Positions 22,414 to 31,609 of a stretch of DNA of 64,000 nucleotides are shown piece after piece. Positions within the stretch are counted from its first letter, which is position 1. Each line of letters begins with the position of its first letter. The translations under genes were made by a program, and so were the position numbers. Source of the stretch: Escherichia phage ime09. The stretch is taken from sequence record NC_019503.1. One strand, 5' to 3'. Below the pieces are notes generated by a model. It was not told the DNA's origin and made no database searches. It saw nothing but the letters and a program-made list of their open reading frames with translations.

Positions 22414-22438
22414 TGGGGACCGAAAGGTCCCCATATTT
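22414..22438. terminator. Bidirectional terminator after gene 54
   Basis: tggggacc gaaa ggtcccca tattttt between convergent genes. Confidence 0.7.
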
Positions 22439-22729
22439 TTATTTACGGAATGAAATAAAAGCAGCAACTGAAGCAACTAGACTGTCTTCAATATAAACTT
22501 CAATTTTTACCGGAGCTTCTGACTCAAATTTACCTGTTACTACACCCTGGAAAATGCTTTCAGTCTGTTCTGGCTTTAAAAAATTTTCAGAAGGAAAAAT
22601 TCCGAACTTTTTATCTGTTCCAAAAATTTTGATAAATTCATCATAAACTGCTTCATTAAAAGCGTTATCAGCAGGAATAACGCCTTCAACTACAAGTTCT
22701 TGACCTAAAAAGCGTAAAGAAGATTTCAT
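22439..22729 (-). CDS. Hypothetical protein, 96 aa (alt-downstream small gene)
   Basis: ORF with GAGGA SD 7 nt upstream of ATG; has its own early-type promoter. Confidence 0.6.
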   Translation of the reverse strand: MKSSLRFLGQELVVEGVIPADNAFNEAVYDEFIKIFGTDKKFGIFPSENFLKPEQTESIFQGVVTGKFESEAPVKIEVYIEDSLVASVAAFISFRK

Positions 22730-22754
22730 TTTGTGTTCCTCATGTTATGTCAGT

Positions 22755-22792
22755 AAAACTATTGTAACACAACACGAGGGACTTGTAAACTA
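22755..22792 (-). promoter_or_regulatory. Early sigma70-type promoter TTTACA-17-TACAAT with extended -10 TG
   Basis: Minus strand: -35 plus 22784-22789, -10 plus 22761-22766; drives the 96 aa ORF. Confidence 0.5.
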
Positions 22793-24847
22793 CATCTTGA
22801 ACTTTTTAGACATTCCGTTGATGTTAACCAAAGAAGCCAAGATTTGAGAAACTTCGTTTTCCTCTTCTTTTGATTCTTCTACAAGGAATTGATTAAACCC
22901 AGCCATTGGACGAACTTCACCAGTTTCCATTAGATGATCGCCATCATATACCGATTCTTCTAATTGTTCAGAAGGAGGAACGATTGTGCCTTCGATTAGA
23001 TACTTGTTATAAGCAGTTTCTTTCATCATGTACGTGCTTACTTTATTAATCTTCAACAAAATTCCACGCGGTAGAATAACTTCAGCTTCTGATGGAAATC
23101 CTGATAAATGACCTGGAACGATAACTTTGATTCGCTCAGCCCCTTTAATTACCATACCTACGCTAGTTTCAGCATCTTCATTAGCATATGCAGAATGACT
23201 ACCCATATGCATTAAATCTTCAGCATCAACAGAACCTTCTCCTTCACCAGAAAATACTGCACCGGAATCATCTAGAGCCATATAGTTTTTACCATGCTCA
23301 CCGAAGATATTTGGTTTAAGCGATGTTGATACGAAGTTCTTGAAATAGAACATTTTATTTTCAATATTATGGCGTAAAGTTTTAAAAGTAACTTCTTGTC
23401 CACGATAAAGCGTAGTTCCTGGAGGAAGAACTGATCCTTTTGCGAATGCAGAATCCAGCGTCTCGATGTGTTTAATAGCTCGTTCCATGTATTCTTCACG
23501 GGTAGAATCTGGTTTACCCAAGAGGAACGAGTTCATTTCAACATATGAATCTGCACAATAATCTTCAATTACATCAGACTCAGCCTGAGTCAGTCCTTTT
23601 GGAGTTACTTCGGTGCTTGCGTATTCATATGCCTGAGCAGCAGATTCATTAATCAATTTATAAATGCCATTCATGACAAATTGAATAATAGCTACTTTTT
23701 CGTCTGGCGTGGCTTTAGAACCTTTAACTAAATCATTGATAATTTTCTTAATAACATCAAAGCTATTAGAAATATTAATGTCAGCGAGATCGCTCAAAAT
23801 TTTATCGGTTTTATAATCAAAAAATTCTTTATTCTTTAAATATTCTTGAGAACCTTGATGTGTTATATCGCTCTGCAGTCTGATAGACGGATCACGTAAA
23901 CGTGCATGGGCCAATGCAATATGATTTCGGAAGCTTTCTAGTTCATAATCGTTAGATTTAAAACGAGAAGCACTTCTCATACCACCGATAGCTCCTTTGC
24001 CGAAGTTTGAACCAATCTGAATAACGCCAGAGTTCATTGGTCCTTCTGCTTTATATACCGGAACTTTAGATTCAAACTCTTGATATTTCTTGGCAGCGAA
24101 GCTATCACCCTGAAGTGAAGCATCGACAGTAGAATATTGAGCTTGTGCTGCTAATCGACGACTAATTTTAGTTTTCTGAATAACAGCTTGATCCGTGCGC
24201 TTATCATTTTCTAAGGCAATAGAAGCAGCAACAGCAACAGCTTTAGGAACAGCATTACCTGTTTTAACATCTACATAAACATCACCAACCTTTGATTCAA
24301 CTTTTGTGAATAACTCAGTTGAAATAGGAGGTACACCTGGAATGTCTTCTAAATTGGCATTTTTACGGTAAACCATAATATATGCATACTTTTTATCATA
24401 ATCCCAGATTTCCTTTAAAAGAACATATCGACCTGCTCCTTTAGTACGTACTAAACGGTCAGCAATAACTTGCATTTGACGAGCAGCGCCATTTGTTTTA
24501 CTTTTTAGTACGCGGAATAGGCATGCGTCAATTTTATACTGTTTCATTGTTTGAAGAGCAGTATCAAAAACCGCATTAATGACACCAATTGGATTTCCAC
24601 CCAAGTTTTTAAGTTTAACGAGCGATAGTTTCTCATTGACACCTATCATTACGATATGCATCATTTTATCGCCTGGCTTAACGTTTTTATTTGTATCACC
24701 GCCAGAGGTGTATGTACAAAATCTAAATCCAGGAAGCACACTTTCTTCGCCGGCTTGAATAGCAAAAATTTGAGGTATTTTATGCTTAGGATTTAAGTTA
24801 ACAACCGGCGCCGAAGCGCCGTCAAATAATTCTGTAATAAGTTCCAT
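22790..24847 (-). CDS. Alt-like ADP-ribosyltransferase paralogue (685 aa)
   Basis: N-terminal ~200 aa nearly identical to Alt (MELITELFD...); C-terminal region retains R / S-T-S / E-x-E motifs (YRGQ, FVSTSL, SEAEVILPRG). Confidence 0.85.
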   Translation of the reverse strand: MELITELFDGASAPVVNLNPKHKIPQIFAIQAGEESVLPGFRFCTYTSGGDTNKNVKPGDKMMHIVMIGVNEKLSLVKLKNLGGNPIGVINAVFDTALQTMKQYKIDACLFRVLKSKTNGAARQMQVIADRLVRTKGAGRYVLLKEIWDYDKKYAYIMVYRKNANLEDIPGVPPISTELFTKVESKVGDVYVDVKTGNAVPKAVAVAASIALENDKRTDQAVIQKTKISRRLAAQAQYSTVDASLQGDSFAAKKYQEFESKVPVYKAEGPMNSGVIQIGSNFGKGAIGGMRSASRFKSNDYELESFRNHIALAHARLRDPSIRLQSDITHQGSQEYLKNKEFFDYKTDKILSDLADINISNSFDVIKKIINDLVKGSKATPDEKVAIIQFVMNGIYKLINESAAQAYEYASTEVTPKGLTQAESDVIEDYCADSYVEMNSFLLGKPDSTREEYMERAIKHIETLDSAFAKGSVLPPGTTLYRGQEVTFKTLRHNIENKMFYFKNFVSTSLKPNIFGEHGKNYMALDDSGAVFSGEGEGSVDAEDLMHMGSHSAYANEDAETSVGMVIKGAERIKVIVPGHLSGFPSEAEVILPRGILLKINKVSTYMMKETAYNKYLIEGTIVPPSEQLEESVYDGDHLMETGEVRPMAGFNQFLVEESKEEENEVSQILASLVNINGMSKKFKM

Positions 24848-24850
24848 GAT

Positions 24851-26944
24851 TTATCCTTGAACGAACTTGTAAGGCATGTTTGTAATATCTATGCAAGACG
24901 CAATAATTCCAAGAGATGATTCTACTTTTTGTTTAACATTTGATGAAACAAATGATGCAAAGTCAACTCTGTCTTCTATTTCAATATCACCTGTCATTGC
25001 AACTACTTCACCAGTTTCCATTAGACGGTCACCGTCATAAATTACTGATTCGGTGAGTTCTTCCGTAGTCATAACTTCAGCTTGAATGAGTTTTGTATTA
25101 TTAGATGTTGTTCCGTCGTTATTAGAAGCATCAGTTATTTTATTGACTTTGACCATCAATCCGCGTGGTAGAATAACTTCAGCTTCTGTTGCTATTCCGA
25201 GACTTCCTGGATATACAACATTAACTTTATGAGCTCCATCAATTGCCCATCCTATTTGAACTTTAACGTATTCAGGATTTTCTTTATACGCTCTTATTTC
25301 ATTTGGATTAATAGTTATTCCTTCTTCATTTTTATCAACTGTCAATTCATTACGAGCTTCTGGTTCTAAAAGACCAATACCAGCATGTGTAATTCCAAAA
25401 CGTCCAAAAATGATAGGAGTTAAAGAAGTAGATACAAAATTTCTGAAATAGAACACTTTATTTTTAACTAGTGCTTCGTATATAGGAGCAGTCATGCTTT
25501 GAGCACGATAAACTGTAATGCCTTCTGGTATACGGTCACCGTTTTCAAAAGCTGAATCTAAGTTATTTATAGCAGATTCAATTTCTTTTTCACTCATTAC
25601 ATCATATCGTTCTGGATTGTAACGACCCAAAAGAAGATTATTGATGTCAGTATATCCTGAACCACAATACTCTCTAATGCCGCGCTTTTGTGATGGAGTA
25701 TATTTAGAACCATCACGGGCAATAGTAATATCAATCATTGGACCTGCACCAATTCCAGAAAAGCTATAAATCATTCGTTTGAGGAATTTAGTTTTTGCTG
25801 CGTTCCAGGAATTTTTAGTTATTTCTTCCCAGACTTCATCTGGCTGTCCTTTACGGGTTTTATTATGTTTATCAAGCCAATTATCTTTATATTCTTCAAA
25901 GAATTGATTAACGGCTGCTGCGTATTTCTCCAAACATTTTATTGAAGTAGTTGGTTCATTTTTAATCGCATTAAGAATTACATCTTTAATTTTTTCAGAA
26001 ACTTCATTAACCTCACTTTTTGAAAAGAATTTATAATCATAGTGAAGTTCATCTGCAGTTCCTTCGGCAATGATTTTTGCTGCCTTAGTTTTAGAAGCTA
26101 ATGAATTAATTCCAAGCTTCATTTCTTCTGCTTCGGGAATTAAAGGAGCTGTAGCAGGTTTATTGAAATTAGCTGCGGTAGATTCATACTTTTGGAATAA
26201 TTCACTTTCAAATCTAGAAGATTCCAATGACTGACTTTGTGCAATTGCTCTGCGGGAAATTTTAACTTTAACGATTACAGCTTGGTCAGAACGTTTATCG
26301 TTTTCTTGTGCAATAGATGCTGCAATTGCCTCATTTTTAGTTACTTGAGCTCCAGTATCTTTATTGATATAAACATCACCGACCTTCGATTCAACTTTAG
26401 TAAAGAGCTCGGTACTGATTTCCGGAACTCCTGGAATGTCTTCTAATGATACATTTTTGCGATGTATAAGAATATATGCATACTTTTTATCGTAATCCCA
26501 GAGTTCCTTAAGAAGGACGTATCTGCCGCCTGAACGGCTGCGGATAAGTCTATCAGCAATAACTTGAATTTGTCGAGCTTGACCAGCAGTTTTAGACTTA
26601 AGAATACGAAGCATACAGGCATCAATTTTATACTGACGCATTGTTTGCATTGCAACAGTAAAAACTGAATTGATGTAATTAATTGGGCTTGGACCGAGAC
26701 CTTTCAATTTAGCAATTGAACCTTTAGCAGTTAATGTAAAAGGAACAATATGCATCATTTTATCACCCATCTTTAAATCGCGATTAGTATCACCTCCAGA
26801 TGTATAGGTACATAAACGAAAGCCTGGTTGTTCAATTGCGTCATCAACATGAACTGAAAAAATTTGCGGTATTTTCTTCTTTGGATTTAAGTTTGTAATC
26901 GGAAGAGTAGTATCTTCGTCAAATAATTCTGTAATGAGTTCCAT
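24851..26944 (-). CDS. alt: Alt ADP-ribosyltransferase (virion-packaged)
   Basis: 697 aa from second Met (SD GAGG better spaced); R-S-E motifs YRAQ, FVSTSL, TEAEVILPRG; TATAAATA upstream. Confidence 0.9.
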   Translation of the reverse strand: MELITELFDEDTTLPITNLNPKKKIPQIFSVHVDDAIEQPGFRLCTYTSGGDTNRDLKMGDKMMHIVPFTLTAKGSIAKLKGLGPSPINYINSVFTVAMQTMRQYKIDACMLRILKSKTAGQARQIQVIADRLIRSRSGGRYVLLKELWDYDKKYAYILIHRKNVSLEDIPGVPEISTELFTKVESKVGDVYINKDTGAQVTKNEAIAASIAQENDKRSDQAVIVKVKISRRAIAQSQSLESSRFESELFQKYESTAANFNKPATAPLIPEAEEMKLGINSLASKTKAAKIIAEGTADELHYDYKFFSKSEVNEVSEKIKDVILNAIKNEPTTSIKCLEKYAAAVNQFFEEYKDNWLDKHNKTRKGQPDEVWEEITKNSWNAAKTKFLKRMIYSFSGIGAGPMIDITIARDGSKYTPSQKRGIREYCGSGYTDINNLLLGRYNPERYDVMSEKEIESAINNLDSAFENGDRIPEGITVYRAQSMTAPIYEALVKNKVFYFRNFVSTSLTPIIFGRFGITHAGIGLLEPEARNELTVDKNEEGITINPNEIRAYKENPEYVKVQIGWAIDGAHKVNVVYPGSLGIATEAEVILPRGLMVKVNKITDASNNDGTTSNNTKLIQAEVMTTEELTESVIYDGDRLMETGEVVAMTGDIEIEDRVDFASFVSSNVKQKVESSLGIIASCIDITNMPYKFVQG

Positions 26945-26967
26945 CATATCCTCTCTAGTGTTTATTC

Positions 26968-26975
26968 TATTTATA
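26968..26975 (-). promoter_or_regulatory. Late promoter box TATAAATA for alt
   Basis: Plus TATTTATA = minus TATAAATA, about 20 nt upstream of alt ATG. Confidence 0.5.
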
Positions 26976-26980
26976 AAATT

Positions 26981-26998
26981 AAAGGCCCGAAGGCCTTT
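26981..26998 (-). terminator. Hairpin between 62 aa ORF and alt
   Basis: aaaggcc cgaa ggccttt overlapping the stop codon. Confidence 0.45.
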
Positions 26999-27185
26999 AA
27001 TAATCTATTGGTAAGAGAGTACGGTATATTTCAAACTTTGGACCTTTTTCGTAGGCATCAAATGTTTCTGTGAATTTATTATAAGCATACGCATCTATAA
27101 ATTCAATCATAATTTGTGATACAGAAGTAGAAACATCTCCACCTTCTTTTTGAGCCACGACAATTGTTTCTAAATAAGCTTTCAT
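26997..27185 (-). CDS. Hypothetical protein, 62 aa
   Basis: ORF with ATGA overlap to DNA ligase stop. Confidence 0.5.
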   Translation of the reverse strand: MKAYLETIVVAQKEGGDVSTSVSQIMIEFIDAYAYNKFTETFDAYEKGPKFEIYRTLLPIDY

Positions 27186-28645
27186 AGACCAGTTACCTCA
27201 TGAAAATCACCAAATACATCCTCGAATGTATTAGCTTTAGTTTTATCTTCACGTAAACGAATCGCAATCGGAAGAAATAATTTAACGTAATCAGTGCGGC
27301 CATCAGATTTTAACCAACCGTTGCATTCGCACTCTAGAATTTTTCCAATATAATAATTTTGGTTTTCCATAATGCGAGTACGGTCAAGTTCATGTGATTT
27401 TACACCGGCTTTATCTTTTAAGCCTGAACCAGCATTTACTTTAATTTTTCCACACTCTGATTCAAGAATAAATCCACCTGCTTTGGTAGGGTCTTTACGG
27501 TGAGGATAAATTCCTACAATTTTTAAATCAACATCAATTACTTCTTTAAATTTATAAAGATTTTTTGAACGAGCATTTTCCCACAATCCATCGGTATTTT
27601 TGAGAATAATACCTTCAAGACCTTGGTCAATATACTTTTTATAAATTACCTTAGCTTCATCTAGGTTATTTACTACCTGGTTTTCAATTAAAATTACTTT
27701 ATCATATCCTGATGTCATTTGTTCTAGTTTAGAAAAACGCACATCATATTTTAAACGAAACGCCGGAAGACCATATATTTCTACCAACGGAACATAATCC
27801 CAGACCTGAAACTTCATGCATTGAGCTTCTTTTTCAGAAATGGTTCCTTTTAAGGATTTATTGGCGATTCCATTAGAAGTAGTACGAGATTCCGCTACTT
27901 CGGCGAATTCTTTAGCTTTACTAATTTCAGGATAAGCATCAAAAAGAAAATCTAGGCCTTCTGGTTCCTTTTTAACTTGCTCGTGGTATACCAATTCGCC
28001 ATCAATTAACACACCTTCTGGATGAATCTGGCGGGCTTCAGCAGTCATTTTGATTAATTCTTCCTTAAGAAGATCTAATCCTAGATATTCATTACCAGCT
28101 CGTGATAAAAGACGAACATCATCTAATTCATCGCCTCTAACTTCAGCAAAACACCGGGCTCCATCTGCTTTTAACTGTGCAAAGGCTGGAAATTTGATAT
28201 TCTTACTAATGCCCTTTTCATCATAAGAACTTGCCAGCATTTGAGGTTGTTCAGGAATTAAACCTGGCCAAACTTTGTTTGCAATAGATACTGAAGCACC
28301 GCATTCAAGGTCTCGCATCATCACTCGACGCAAAACTTCAACATCATCCTTTTTACCATCGGTGATATATCCAGTTAATTCCTCAATTGCAGCATTTCCG
28401 GTCAATTTCCGAGTAGCTAACGTGAATTCAATGAAGTCAAGCATATCGGTAATAGTCAGCATTCCAAAACTCTGGGTAGCAATATCAGGTTTAGGCCATT
28501 TCTTGATATAATACTGTAACCCACGAGAATAAGTCAGACGATATACCCGTTTAAGCAATTCATTATCTTTATTCTTTTCAAGAATTGCTTGCTTCTGCTT
28601 AGTTGATCCAATAGATGCTATTTCATTCAGAATTTTAAGAATCAT
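27182..28645 (-). CDS. 30: ATP-dependent DNA ligase gp30
   Basis: 487 aa as T4 DNA ligase; adenylation Lys motif region (KADGAR) present. Confidence 0.95.
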   Translation of the reverse strand: MILKILNEIASIGSTKQKQAILEKNKDNELLKRVYRLTYSRGLQYYIKKWPKPDIATQSFGMLTITDMLDFIEFTLATRKLTGNAAIEELTGYITDGKKDDVEVLRRVMMRDLECGASVSIANKVWPGLIPEQPQMLASSYDEKGISKNIKFPAFAQLKADGARCFAEVRGDELDDVRLLSRAGNEYLGLDLLKEELIKMTAEARQIHPEGVLIDGELVYHEQVKKEPEGLDFLFDAYPEISKAKEFAEVAESRTTSNGIANKSLKGTISEKEAQCMKFQVWDYVPLVEIYGLPAFRLKYDVRFSKLEQMTSGYDKVILIENQVVNNLDEAKVIYKKYIDQGLEGIILKNTDGLWENARSKNLYKFKEVIDVDLKIVGIYPHRKDPTKAGGFILESECGKIKVNAGSGLKDKAGVKSHELDRTRIMENQNYYIGKILECECNGWLKSDGRTDYVKLFLPIAIRLREDKTKANTFEDVFGDFHEVTGL

Positions 28646-28911
28646 TGCTCATCCTTCAAAGTTTGGTTTACAGCTCTATTATAAATCAATTCATCATTAA
28701 GCTCAGGCAAAGACTTATGATATGTAGTTCTAACTTTATTTCCTTGCATCCAGTGCTTGACGTAAATGAAACCTTGCTCTACACATTTTTTAAAAATTCG
28801 TTCGTCTTTTTGAGCTCGGAATTCTGGATTGCATCTAAAAAATTGATTTACGTGACCGTAATCACGTGTAGTATTACCTTCATTTTCATAAATAGTGTGA
28901 ACGACAAACAT
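28642..28911 (-). CDS. Hypothetical protein, 89 aa (T4 30.1 position)
   Basis: ORF, overlap coupling to gene 30. Confidence 0.6.
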   Translation of the reverse strand: MFVVHTIYENEGNTTRDYGHVNQFFRCNPEFRAQKDERIFKKCVEQGFIYVKHWMQGNKVRTTYHKSLPELNDELIYNRAVNQTLKDEQ

Positions 28912-29750
28912 TAGAATGCTCCTTGGAAAATATTATCACCACAAGTAGGTCTATTATACAAATACTCTATGCCACCAGGTTTAATATAGTTCCATGTCTG
29001 AAACGGATGTGTCTGATATGGATGATATAGATGATTATAAGGATTAAACCCAGGCGTTCTCCAGGTAGTGTTCCAACGAAAAGAATCGTTTTTAACCATC
29101 TTCTCAATTAAATCTTTTATAGCTTTTTCACTATCAAAACTTTCTTTATTTTCCTTCGGCGAAAAAAGCTTATTTTCTACATCATTCCATGTATAAACTC
29201 GCTGCGCAGTTTTTGGAATATTGTCACGCTCTCCTCGAGCCATCCAATAAACAGGAACATTTAATATTTCACTAGCATGATCGCAGTGATGAGCGAGATC
29301 GTCAATATAACAAATTACGTTATATTTCTCTTTTGCCTTTTTGAACAACTCTTCTTTTGAAGAATCATGACCGCACATCATTACTTCCGAGAAGGCACCA
29401 GGAAAAAGAGCATTCAAATTAAATTGACGATTCAACAGAGCGTCAATAGAATCACCCAATGCTGTAACAGCTACAAAATTATAATCTTCTTTTAATTTGT
29501 TAATTACACACAGGGCATCTTTATATGGAGACAAGTAACGAATAAAATCTGATCGATTGTATTTTTCAATTAGCTTGACACCAAGTTCTTCATCACAGTT
29601 AAATAGTTTACCTGGAGAAATAAATTTCTCATCTTGGATCATTTTTAAAATATGTTCTAACGGAAGATTATATTTCTGAGCAAAATAAGGAAGACCTGAT
29701 TGCCAGCTTAAACATACTCCATCAATATCAGTTAAAATAGTAGGCTTCAT
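28911..29750 (-). CDS. HAD-like hydrolase family protein, 279 aa (T4 30.2 position)
   Basis: N-terminal DxDG motif (LTDIDGV) typical of HAD phosphatases. Confidence 0.7.
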   Translation of the reverse strand: MKPTILTDIDGVCLSWQSGLPYFAQKYNLPLEHILKMIQDEKFISPGKLFNCDEELGVKLIEKYNRSDFIRYLSPYKDALCVINKLKEDYNFVAVTALGDSIDALLNRQFNLNALFPGAFSEVMMCGHDSSKEELFKKAKEKYNVICYIDDLAHHCDHASEILNVPVYWMARGERDNIPKTAQRVYTWNDVENKLFSPKENKESFDSEKAIKDLIEKMVKNDSFRWNTTWRTPGFNPYNHLYHPYQTHPFQTWNYIKPGGIEYLYNRPTCGDNIFQGAF

Positions 29751-30211
29751 AGAGAGTCTCTTAATAGGTTTAACACATCAATAAATTCAGCTTCGGTTAG
29801 TATTGTATCATCTTTTGTTAGACCACTAGCCATGCTGTGCTTCAAAACTTTTCCTTTCGAGGCTTGTAATGCATCGCGAAAGCCCCTGTTTTGGAACGCT
29901 GCTTCAAAATATGCATTTGTGTATAATTCTTTCCACGCTGGAGAGTATCTTGAAAACGGAACTCCAAGCCAGAAGAGGGTCCCACGGTCCTGAGCTCTAG
30001 CATAAGCTCGTCCAGCTTGTTGGGCAGCAAGCCCGGATAACCCAAATATACGACGTTGCTGTTCAACATTTTTCACCTTACACCCTTGGAGGAATCCTTC
30101 GAGACCTCCAAATTGGATACCATCCATAACAAAAGGCCATTGGGCGAAATTACTTAGTGCGCATGATGGCCATCTAAAATTGCTTCTTATCTCTAACTCA
30201 GACATTTTCAA
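29747..30211 (-). CDS. NADAR (YbiA-like, DUF1768) domain protein, 154 aa (T4 30.3 position)
   Basis: Motif LSNF-x3-PF...G-x2-F-x2-E-x-F-x-Q-x-K near N-terminus matches NADAR family pattern. Confidence 0.72.
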   Translation of the reverse strand: MKMSELEIRSNFRWPSCALSNFAQWPFVMDGIQFGGLEGFLQGCKVKNVEQQRRIFGLSGLAAQQAGRAYARAQDRGTLFWLGVPFSRYSPAWKELYTNAYFEAAFQNRGFRDALQASKGKVLKHSMASGLTKDDTILTEAEFIDVLNLLRDSL

Positions 30212-30413
30212 TACTTATAATTTCAACATCAGCCCAATGACCGTAACCCGGTAAACGGTCTTCAATAGATAATCCGCCATCATATTTAAGCATTTTAATT
30301 GTCATAATATATGGCTCTAAATGGTCTTCTGTGAGAGGAGAAACGTCAGTCACACGATAAGTAACTTCAACCATTTCCGTACCTAATAATTTCTGAATTA
30401 ATTTCTTAAACAT
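30198..30413 (-). CDS. Hypothetical protein, 71 aa
   Basis: ORF in 30.x cluster. Confidence 0.5.
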   Translation of the reverse strand: MFKKLIQKLLGTEMVEVTYRVTDVSPLTEDHLEPYIMTIKMLKYDGGLSIEDRLPGYGHWADVEIISIENV

Positions 30414-30417
30414 TTTA

Positions 30418-30705
30418 TTAGAACCTCATCTGAAAACCGTGCGATTTAACATTACCGCCGCCAATATCAGAAATATTAATTTCACGCGCAATTGAAGGAT
30501 CAATGTCAATTTCACGATTGAGTTTAGTGATAGCTAAAGTATCGCGGCCATTTACAGTACGGAACTCTAAAGGACATACTACATTAACGTAGTTTTTAAT
30601 CGATTCGCTGGTAGGTTGCAAATGAGCAGGAAGGTCTTTAGGCGCCTTAGAGAAAACCACTTCACAGAAGTTTTTACGAGTATCAAAATAAGTAGTCATA
30701 AACAT
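30418..30705 (-). CDS. Hypothetical protein, 95 aa
   Basis: ATG 30705 with GAGGA 8 nt upstream, preceded by CGAA-loop hairpin. Confidence 0.6.
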   Translation of the reverse strand: MFMTTYFDTRKNFCEVVFSKAPKDLPAHLQPTSESIKNYVNVVCPLEFRTVNGRDTLAITKLNREIDIDPSIAREINISDIGGGNVKSHGFQMRF

Positions 30706-30722
30706 AGTATTTTCCTCAGTAA

Positions 30723-30736
30723 GGGGCCGAAGCCCC
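30723..30736 (-). terminator. Short CGAA/UUCG hairpin in 30.x cluster
   Basis: ggggc cgaa gcccc directly upstream of SD of next gene. Confidence 0.4.
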
Positions 30737-30746
30737 TCATTTTATT

Positions 30747-31112
30747 TTAAATATCAAATTCATTAAGAACTACATCAAAGATCGCTTCAAGATGCTCAGG
30801 TTTAGCTCTGTTACTCAGAATATGACGAATCCAAGTTTTAACCAGAAGCTTGCGATTAACACCATTCCAGCAAGGATGAGTCCCTAAATCGCGTTGACGA
30901 AAATCATCATCCAAAGCAATTTTGAAGTTGGAACCTTCCATTGTGATTGAAACCGTGATGCCATTTTCAAATCGCATATAAACGTAGTTAGGAGTCATAT
31001 ACTGTTCAATTTCGCATACTGATCCATTTTGATGTTTCCAAAGGCAAATAGTATCAATAGAACCTGCAATACCATTAGAAACATATTTACGTTCAAAGTT
31101 AATGTAGTTCAT
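30747..31112 (-). CDS. Hypothetical protein, 121 aa
   Basis: ORF with GGAG SD and early-type promoter upstream. Confidence 0.6.
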   Translation of the reverse strand: MNYINFERKYVSNGIAGSIDTICLWKHQNGSVCEIEQYMTPNYVYMRFENGITVSITMEGSNFKIALDDDFRQRDLGTHPCWNGVNRKLLVKTWIRHILSNRAKPEHLEAIFDVVLNEFDI

Positions 31113-31142
31113 TTTTATTCTCCGAGATGTTTAATTGCGGTA

Positions 31143-31180
31143 CAGGTATATAATATCATATCCTGTACCAAAGTAAACTA
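31143..31180 (-). promoter_or_regulatory. Early-type promoter TTTACT-16-TATTAT flanked by 8 bp inverted repeat
   Basis: -35 plus 31172-31177, -10 plus 31150-31155, TGa upstream of -10. Confidence 0.4.
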
Positions 31181-31182
31181 TT

Positions 31183-31551
31183 TTATGCAACTTTAATCCA
31201 ATTATCTAAATTTAATTCACCTTTGGCTTTCATTTTTTCAATCAAGAGGTCAGCGGTAATACGACCATTTTGATACCACGTAACATCTTCAGAGTAACCA
31301 GTTTCTTTATCTTCATAAGTCTCACAGCGAATTTTACCAAGAATCAAAGTTTTTAATTCGTATGTATCTCCAGTAAAAAAGTTAGTTAACATTATTTTCC
31401 AAGAGAAGTCATCAGAAGGACCTTCAGGAGTCATGCAACCTACAAATTCAAATTGTTCTTTGTATAAGTGCCACTGAAGTTCTTTAGTTTCGATAGCTTT
31501 ATAGCCGTCGTGATCTTTACCTTTGATGTATGAGTTAAGATTGATTTTCAT
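31183..31551 (-). CDS. Hypothetical protein, 122 aa
   Basis: ORF with AAGGAG SD and TTTACA-17-TAGTAT promoter upstream. Confidence 0.6.
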   Translation of the reverse strand: MKINLNSYIKGKDHDGYKAIETKELQWHLYKEQFEFVGCMTPEGPSDDFSWKIMLTNFFTGDTYELKTLILGKIRCETYEDKETGYSEDVTWYQNGRITADLLIEKMKAKGELNLDNWIKVA

Positions 31552-31576
31552 TTTATTCTCCTTTGTTTGTGTAAGA

Positions 31577-31609
31577 TAATACTATCACAAAGGAACCATA
31601 CTGTAAACA
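31577..31609 (-). promoter_or_regulatory. Early-type promoter TTTACA-17-TAGTAT
   Basis: -35 plus 31602-31607, -10 plus 31579-31584, extended TG. Confidence 0.5.

Noticed and set aside
28645-28914. 89 aa plus-strand ORF exactly mirroring the 30.1-position gene
   Set aside because: Antisense of a minus-strand gene within a uniformly minus-strand operon; no promoter or SD
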